The notes beneath the pieces were generated by a model, which saw only the letters and a program-made list of their open reading frames with translations, did not search any database and was not told where the DNA came from. Positions 36,072 to 42,378 of a DNA stretch of 50,019 nucleotides are shown here, one piece after another (position 1 is the stretch's first letter; every line of letters begins with the position of its first letter). The DNA is from Planctomycetota bacterium (lineage in GTDB: Bacteria > Planctomycetota > B15-G4 > JADJEK01): NCBI GenBank assembly GCA_044225365.1, contig JBGAIQ010000043.1, positions 1 to 50,019 on the forward strand, read 5' to 3'. A program made the position numbers and the translations under genes.

Positions 36072-37259
36072 ATGCGTATCGATCGTCAGTCCAACCTGGA
36101 GTCGTTTCGTTCTTCTTTCACCCCGATGAGCCGTGGTCCGACCGTGCTCGACCTGAAGGGCGCCACGGGCGTTCAGCAGTTGTTCGGGCCGAATCTCGCG
36201 GGAAACACCCGCGCGACGTTCGCGCCAAACATCACGGGAACCGATCCCGCGACGTGGACCTACTTCGATCAGAACCAGGTCGCTGGCGACCCGAACGCCT
36301 GCGGCACGACGAGCCTGTCGATGATCCTTGCGACTCTCGGCATCATTCCGCCGACGCTCGAAGCGGCCAAGGGAGTCGACCAGGCGATCCGGCGCTGGGG
36401 CGGATTCTCGGCTCCCGAAGATCTCGAGAAGTTCGCCGAGAGCAAGGGCCTCTTCTCCGAGGGCTACAACGACCAGAGCTTCTCCGATCTCAAGGGTCAC
36501 CTCGCGGCCGGCCGTTCGGTCATGGCGATGATCGATGGCGGTAGCAACCCGCATTGGGTCGCGGTGCAGAACGTCTCCGAGCAGAACGGTCAGGAGTTCG
36601 TGACGTATGCCGATCCCGGCGGCGGCGTCACCAAGACGGTGACGCGCGAGCAGTTCGAGAAGATGTGGGACAAGCCGATGAAAGGTTCGAACGGCTTCCT
36701 GAACGATCTCGCGGGCTTCCACAACTTCCTCCAGGTGTTCGACAAGAAGCCGGTTCCGGCGTCGAACGACTTCTCGATCGCGTTCACCCAGGCCGCGGCC
36801 GACGGCGTGTCCGACATGGGCAATGCGTTGTCCGACCTGAAGAGCGTCTTCACGAAGGGCAATATCGGCGGTCTCGTCACCGGCCTCACCGGCCTCACCG
36901 GCGGCCTCGTCTCCACCCTCAGCGCGATCCCGGGCGGCGTCGGCCGCATCGTGGAGATGGGCGGCGACAAGGTCCTCGACTGGGCGAAGTCCAAGTGGAA
37001 CGAGGGCGGAGTCGGCAACAAGATCCTCGGCGGGCTCGGATTCGTCGGCGGCGGCATTCTGAAGGGCCTGGGCTGGGGCGTGAAGCAGATCGGCAACGTG
37101 GTGGCCAAGGTCGGCCATGCGATCGGCAGCACGATCACCAAGATCGGCGAGAAGGTCGTCGAAGGCGTCAAGAAGGTCGGCGAGAAGGTCGTCGACGGCG
37201 TCAAGAAGGTCGGCGAAGCCATCGGCCACGGAATCAAGAAGATCTTTTCCGGCTGGTGA
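36072..37259 (+). CDS. Peptidase C39-like domain fused to Gly-rich amphipathic repeat tail
   Basis: Q...NACGTTSLSMIL (Cys), PHWVAV (His), YADPGGG (Asp), EQFEKMW. Tail of 11-aa repeats ending KKIFSGW. GGAG RBS. Confidence 0.8.
   Translation: MRIDRQSNLESFRSSFTPMSRGPTVLDLKGATGVQQLFGPNLAGNTRATFAPNITGTDPATWTYFDQNQVAGDPNACGTTSLSMILATLGIIPPTLEAAKGVDQAIRRWGGFSAPEDLEKFAESKGLFSEGYNDQSFSDLKGHLAAGRSVMAMIDGGSNPHWVAVQNVSEQNGQEFVTYADPGGGVTKTVTREQFEKMWDKPMKGSNGFLNDLAGFHNFLQVFDKKPVPASNDFSIAFTQAAADGVSDMGNALSDLKSVFTKGNIGGLVTGLTGLTGGLVSTLSAIPGGVGRIVEMGGDKVLDWAKSKWNEGGVGNKILGGLGFVGGGILKGLGWGVKQIGNVVAKVGHAIGSTITKIGEKVVEGVKKVGEKVVDGVKKVGEAIGHGIKKIFSGW
37140..37238 (+). repeat. 33-bp in-frame tandem repeat (two near-identical units and one diverged unit)
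   Basis: aagatcggcgagaaggtcgtcgaaggcgtcaag / aaggtcggcgagaaggtcgtcgacggcgtcaag / aaggtcggcgaagccatcggccacggaatcaag. Confidence 0.9.
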
Positions 37260-37359
37260 GCGCAACGCGGCGTGAATCGCGCCGAGAACTGGGCCGGCCC
37301 GACGGGAATTCCGATCGGGTCGGCCCTCGTTCGTTGATCTGAAGACCCGGAGAAGCGCG

Positions 37360-38610
37360 ATGTCGACCGAAGTCCTCGAACCCACCGCCCAGATCGATGC
37401 GATTCCCGTCGCGCCGCGCCTCCACATCGTGAACCTCACGATCACGGGGAAGTGCAACCTCGACTGTCCCTGCTGTTATCAGAAGCGTCGCACCGACGAC
37501 ATGGACACGGCGCCGATCCTGAAGATCATCGACGAGATCGCCGCGCTCGGTACGGAGATCCTGATGATGCCGGGCGGCGAGCCGCTCCTGCGCAAGGACC
37601 TCGACGCGGTGATCGAGCACGCGAGCCGGCGCGGCCTCAAGATCTACCTCGCGAGCAACGGCACACTCGTCACCGACGAGCGCGCCGCGCGACTCAAGGA
37701 ACTCGGGCTCACGGGCGTGTGCGTCGGCTTCGAAGTCTTCGATCCGCGTTCGCTCGAGGAAGTCGATCGCGCGGGACTCGGCAAGACGATGGCCGGGATC
37801 CAGAGCTTCGCGAAGGCGGGGCTCGAGACGTTCGCGAACCTCATCGTGACGCGCACCAACCTGAAACACCTGCCGCGCACCGTGAAGTTCCTCCGCTCGC
37901 TCGGCGTGAAGCGGATGACGATCCTTCGGCCGAAGCCCGCGCAGACCGGGAAGTGGTTCGAGGAAGCGCGCCTCGGCAAGAAGGAGATGTTCCGTCTGCA
38001 GATCCTGAAGGCGAAGCTCGAGGCAGCCTACGATCTCGAGTTCATCAACGTGGATTGCGCGCTCGGTCCCCTGCTCGGTGGGCTGCCCAAGAACCTGCTC
38101 GAGAGCGCGGGAATCGAGAGCTGCCTCGCGGGCCGGAAATACATCTCGGTCGACAGCAACGGCGACGTGTATCCATGCGCGTACTTGCGGTATCCCGAGT
38201 TCAAGGCCGGCAACGCGAAGCGGGAATCGCTGGAGCAGATCGTCGCGACGTCGAAGGTGTTCGAGCCGTTCCGCAAGCCCAAGCTCGAGGGCAACTGCGG
38301 ATCGTGTCCGATGCAGCAGCATTGCGGCGGCTGTCGCGCGATGGCGTGGCACGACCACAAGAACATCATGGCGCAGGACGACGACTGCCACTTCGGCGGC
38401 GCGTCGACCTCGCGCAAGGTGTACATGGGCGTCGCGTTCTGGAGTGCGATGATCGTTCGCTTCGCCCGCGCGCGATTCGGTCTGCGCTCGAAGGGCTCGA
38501 AGGCGTATGCCGAGGAGATCCTCGCGCGCACCCCGAAGCGATCGATCTTCCGGAGGAAGAGGAAGAGTGAGCGTCTCGAGCTGTGCGGCACGCCGGGTCA
38601 CGCGGAGTGA
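37360..38610 (+). CDS. Radical SAM protein with SPASM domain
   Basis: CNLDCPCC (CxxxCxxC), GGEPLLR, SNGTL. SPASM: CLAG...ISVDSNGDVYPC...CGSCPMQQHCGGCRA...DDDC. Confidence 0.93.
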   Translation: MSTEVLEPTAQIDAIPVAPRLHIVNLTITGKCNLDCPCCYQKRRTDDMDTAPILKIIDEIAALGTEILMMPGGEPLLRKDLDAVIEHASRRGLKIYLASNGTLVTDERAARLKELGLTGVCVGFEVFDPRSLEEVDRAGLGKTMAGIQSFAKAGLETFANLIVTRTNLKHLPRTVKFLRSLGVKRMTILRPKPAQTGKWFEEARLGKKEMFRLQILKAKLEAAYDLEFINVDCALGPLLGGLPKNLLESAGIESCLAGRKYISVDSNGDVYPCAYLRYPEFKAGNAKRESLEQIVATSKVFEPFRKPKLEGNCGSCPMQQHCGGCRAMAWHDHKNIMAQDDDCHFGGASTSRKVYMGVAFWSAMIVRFARARFGLRSKGSKAYAEEILARTPKRSIFRRKRKSERLELCGTPGHAE

Positions 38611-38688
38611 CGCCGGAGCGATGGCCCGGCACGCTATGCTGACCGGGCGGAGCGTTTCTCGACCCCGCGAATTCCCGGAGCGAGTTCC

Positions 38689-39870
38689 TTGACGATCCTG
38701 CTCGCCTCGATCTTGCGCGCTTCGAAGGGCGCGCTGTTCCTCATCGCCGGCTTGGTGCTTGCGGGCTGCACTCAACCCGCCAGCATCGTGGGGATCGATG
38801 GTGCCACCGGGGCGGAGAAGTGGCGGCTCCAGGACGGGACCTCGGTCTTCTCGTGCGTGGGCGATCTCGTGCTCGTCGTGCGAGACGAGCACCTCGCCGC
38901 GCTCGATGGACGAACGGGCCAGCCGCTCTGGAAGTCGGATCTCCAGCCCGCGCTCGATCGCCGACCTTTGGACGTCGGCGGCGCCATCGTCGTCGTGAGT
39001 GCGAACCAGGATCTCTGTCTCGTCGACGCGAAGGACGGTGCTGTGCGCTGGCGCGTTCCCTTCGGACGCGGCGGACTGGTGCTCGGCAGCAGTGACGACG
39101 GTTCGATCGCCGCGCTCGGAACGGCGCCCGAGTCGGATGGCGCCCTCGAATTGCGGCAGATCGATCGCCTCGGAGCCGCTCACGGAAGACTGCGCATCGA
39201 AGGTCTCGAGCTCGGGGCCGTGGCGCGCCTCACGGTGGCCGGAGCGATCGCCACGATCGCATCGCACGACGGCGATCTCGTCGTCGTCGATTTCGAAGCA
39301 GGGACGGTGTACTCGTCCGGAGAGATCCATCCCGCGATCGCTCCTTGCATCGCCGGCTCGCGAGTGGTGGCGGTCCGGAAGGACGGGTCGCTCGTGATGA
39401 TCGACGCGAAGACGGGCGAAGAGGGTTGGCGCATCGGGGCGTTGCCGACGGCAGCGACGCTCGGCGTCGCGAACGGGATCATCTGGTTGGGGGGAAGCCA
39501 CGGCGCGCTCGTGGGCGTGGAGATCGATAGTGGCGAGATCCGTTTCAGCATCGCCGATTCCGGGACCGACGGCCGCATCGTCCGGGATTCGCGTCTCCTC
39601 GGCGATCCCACGCCCGCCCTGATCTTGCAGCAGGGAACCGGCCTCGCGATCGTCGACGCCACGAAGGGGAAAGTGGCCACGCGTTTCGAGATCCGCGATC
39701 TCGTCGCGACGTTCGCGCGCATCGGTCCGCGCGCCTTCACCCGCACCGACGATGGCCGGGTGGCGGGATTCGATCTCGAGAATCGAAGGAAGGCGTTCGA
39801 GTCGAATCCCGGGTCCCGTGCGGAGACCGCGATCGTGGTCGTGACGCGCGACGGAACAGCGGTCCTGTGA
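38689..39870 (+). CDS. PQQ-like (BamB-type) beta-propeller lipoprotein
   Basis: LAGC lipobox. Repeats IDGATGAEKW, ALDGRTGQPLW, VDAKDGAVRW, IDAKTGEEGW. Confidence 0.8.
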   Translation: MTILLASILRASKGALFLIAGLVLAGCTQPASIVGIDGATGAEKWRLQDGTSVFSCVGDLVLVVRDEHLAALDGRTGQPLWKSDLQPALDRRPLDVGGAIVVVSANQDLCLVDAKDGAVRWRVPFGRGGLVLGSSDDGSIAALGTAPESDGALELRQIDRLGAAHGRLRIEGLELGAVARLTVAGAIATIASHDGDLVVVDFEAGTVYSSGEIHPAIAPCIAGSRVVAVRKDGSLVMIDAKTGEEGWRIGALPTAATLGVANGIIWLGGSHGALVGVEIDSGEIRFSIADSGTDGRIVRDSRLLGDPTPALILQQGTGLAIVDATKGKVATRFEIRDLVATFARIGPRAFTRTDDGRVAGFDLENRRKAFESNPGSRAETAIVVVTRDGTAVL

Positions 39871-39882
39871 GGGCGAAAATGC

Positions 39883-39920
39883 GAACGGGTCCCGGTCACG
39901 AGCGCGACCGGGACCCGTTC
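39883..39920. terminator. Perfect 15-bp inverted repeat between convergent genes (probable bidirectional terminator)
   Basis: gaacgggtcccggtc-acgagcgc-gaccgggacccgttc. Confidence 0.75.
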
Positions 39921-39937
39921 CATGCGATCGAAGTTCG

Positions 39938-42229
39938 TCAGTTACCGACTTTGATACGCAGCGCGTTGCTGAACGCGAACTGACCGTTGTAGCCGCCGGC
40001 CGTGTCGAAGATGAAGTACTGGAAGTACGCCGAGCTGCCGGCGAAGCCCGACAATTCCGTCGGCACGGGGAGGGTCACCGTCGCCAAGCCGGCTCCGTTC
40101 GTCACCGTGTTGATCAGCACGAGCGGCGGCAGGAGATAGAGACTGCAGCTCGCGAGCGGCGTCGTGAACTGGTTGAGGGACAGGCCGAGCAGTGCGGGCG
40201 CATTGCTGCGCGCGTTGCTCACCGTCACGCCGAACGACGGATTGCCGAAGAAGGGCGAGCCGACGGCCGAGATCACGGGCACTCCGCTGGTGCCGGCGCA
40301 GCCCACGCCGAACGGCTGCACGAGCGACGGCGTGACCGCGATCATGATCGTGACGTCGTTCGACGCCTTGTTGGCAACGACGATGTCGAGCGTCTTGTCG
40401 TCATCGAGATGCGCGATGGCGAGCGCCGCGGGAACCGAGTGCGCGAGCAGCGTGTTCTGCGCGGCGAACGCGTTCGAGCCCGCGTTGTAGCCCTCGTAGT
40501 GCGTGAGATTCTCCGAACCGAAGTTCACGGCGACCACGTCCTGCTTCGCGATGAAGCCCGGGAGCGAATCGTCGCGCAGATCGGCGCATTCGAGATCGAT
40601 CGGCGACGAGCCGCCGGTGAACGTGCCGCCCGCGGCGAACGCGCCCGAGTTCCACGACCCGGCGGTGAGGCCGGTGTTCTTGAACACGACGACGTTGCCG
40701 GGGAGGATCGTCGGGAACGACTCCGCCGTCACCGCGAGATCCTTGTCGCCGTCGCCGTCGAAGTCGCCGCTGCAGATGCCCTTGGGATTCTGCGAGACGC
40801 TGAGCGTGATCGGAGCGGCGAACGCGCCCGCGCCGAGGTTTTCGTAGAGTAGGACGTTGGCGGAGAGCGTGGGGGAGAACGCCGAGCCCGACATGGTGAC
40901 GATGAGGTCGCCGTCGAGGTCGCCGTCGAGATCGCTGATCGCGACGCGCTGCGGACGCTTGAAGCCGCCCGCGGGCGGAGTGAGAGCGACGAGCGCGCCG
41001 CCGTTGAGGCTCACCATCACCGAGCCGGTGCCCGCGATGAGCAGGTCGCCTTGCATCGCGACCGCGATGTCGTCGGTGCCCGTGCCATCGAGGTTGCCGA
41101 CGTCGATGCCGACGGGCTCGGTCGCGGGAAGCGTGGAGAGGGAAGCCGTGACCGCGAACGTACCCGCGGGGTTGTTGCGCACGATGCGCACGGCGTCGTT
41201 GCCGGTGGCGGCTACGGCGAGATCACGCCCGCCGCCCACGACGAGATCGCCCGCCGCGAGGGCGGAGGGAGCATCGCCGGAAGTGAGGCCGATCGTGGTC
41301 GACGTCGGGAACGTACCGGTGCCGCTGTTGAATCGGACGGTGACCGAGTTCGAGCCGTTGTCCGCGGTCGCGATATCGGCCTTCGAGTCGCCCGAGAGAT
41401 CGAGAGCGATGACGTCACACGGCGTCGTTCCGACCGCGACGTGGGTCCGCGAGTACGGAAGATCGAAGTCGTACGCCAGGTTCATCCCGGCGCCGAAGTT
41501 GTGAGAGACGCGAAAATCGTCGACGTAGCCGACCTGGTTCAGGTTGCCGGCGCCGACGCCCATCTCGATGAGCACGACCTGCGCGTCCTGGAAGTCGGAC
41601 GACATCACCGCGCGCCATTGCGCGAGCGTCTTCAGCGGAGGGCCGCCCGCGCCGCTCGGCTGGCCGAAGCCGCCGGTCCACCAGAACAGTCCGTTGTTCT
41701 CGTCGATCGTCACGGTCTTCCAGGTGTCGAGCGAAGGCTGTGAACTGATGGGCGTGGCCGGGGTCGAGCCCGGTCCGTTCCACGACGCTTCGTAGACGAA
41801 CGTGCCGAAGCAGTCGGAGGCGCTCAGCGGATCGTCGCAGAGCGGATTGAAGACCGCGATCTTCAGCGACGGCGCGGGCGTGAGGTCCTGACCCGGATTG
41901 GTCGCCTTGTGCCACGAGTACTGGATGTTCAGCGACGGGAAGATGTTCTGCGGCTGACCGTAGGCGAACGGGAGTCCGATGTTCGCGCGATCGCCCGGAT
42001 TCGACGTCGTCGTGAGACGCGCCGCGCCGCGCGGCAGCGGTTGATTGTTCTGCAGATTGCCGCCCGCGGTGGAGAGATCGACGACCGAAACGGTGCCGGC
42101 GCCGGTGACGTTGCTTGCGTACCAGACGCCGGGAGTGGGAGTCGGCGAGAAGGGCGCGATCGAGGTGACGACGTTCTGCGCCGCGGCAGGCGCCGCGAGC
42201 AGAGCGAGTGCGATGAGGGTTGTCTTCAT
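39938..42229 (-). CDS. Secreted VCBS/FG-GAP protein with N-terminal beta-sandwich domain
   Basis: Signal MKTTLIALALLAAPAAA-Q, D[L/F]DGDGD.DL repeats, C-terminal FGVGCAG...FQYFIFD...FSNALRIKVGN. Confidence 0.88.
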   Translation of the reverse strand: MKTTLIALALLAAPAAAQNVVTSIAPFSPTPTPGVWYASNVTGAGTVSVVDLSTAGGNLQNNQPLPRGAARLTTTSNPGDRANIGLPFAYGQPQNIFPSLNIQYSWHKATNPGQDLTPAPSLKIAVFNPLCDDPLSASDCFGTFVYEASWNGPGSTPATPISSQPSLDTWKTVTIDENNGLFWWTGGFGQPSGAGGPPLKTLAQWRAVMSSDFQDAQVVLIEMGVGAGNLNQVGYVDDFRVSHNFGAGMNLAYDFDLPYSRTHVAVGTTPCDVIALDLSGDSKADIATADNGSNSVTVRFNSGTGTFPTSTTIGLTSGDAPSALAAGDLVVGGGRDLAVAATGNDAVRIVRNNPAGTFAVTASLSTLPATEPVGIDVGNLDGTGTDDIAVAMQGDLLIAGTGSVMVSLNGGALVALTPPAGGFKRPQRVAISDLDGDLDGDLIVTMSGSAFSPTLSANVLLYENLGAGAFAAPITLSVSQNPKGICSGDFDGDGDKDLAVTAESFPTILPGNVVVFKNTGLTAGSWNSGAFAAGGTFTGGSSPIDLECADLRDDSLPGFIAKQDVVAVNFGSENLTHYEGYNAGSNAFAAQNTLLAHSVPAALAIAHLDDDKTLDIVVANKASNDVTIMIAVTPSLVQPFGVGCAGTSGVPVISAVGSPFFGNPSFGVTVSNARSNAPALLGLSLNQFTTPLASCSLYLLPPLVLINTVTNGAGLATVTLPVPTELSGFAGSSAYFQYFIFDTAGGYNGQFAFSNALRIKVGN

Positions 42230-42282
42230 GGTTGAGTTTCCAATTCCCGAAATGGCGGAGACAAGGGGGACGAGAGAGGACG

Positions 42283-42329
42283 ATCGAGACGACGCCGCGG
42301 GCGCATGCGCTCACGGCGTCGATCTCGAT
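42283..42329. other. Long imperfect palindrome in the intergenic spacer between the tandem VCBS genes
   Basis: atcgagacgacgccgcgggcgca|tgcgctcacggcgtcgatctcgat. Confidence 0.7.
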
Positions 42330-42378
42330 GGAGTCGAATCACGAACTCAGGTGGAGGATCGTGTCGGTCGCGACGCGA

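Noticed and set aside
37260-37359. Small precursor peptide ORF next to the radical SAM gene
   Set aside because: No ORF with a credible RBS and precursor-like sequence was seen in this gap, in 38611-38688 or in 35720-36071. Very short peptides cannot be fully excluded.
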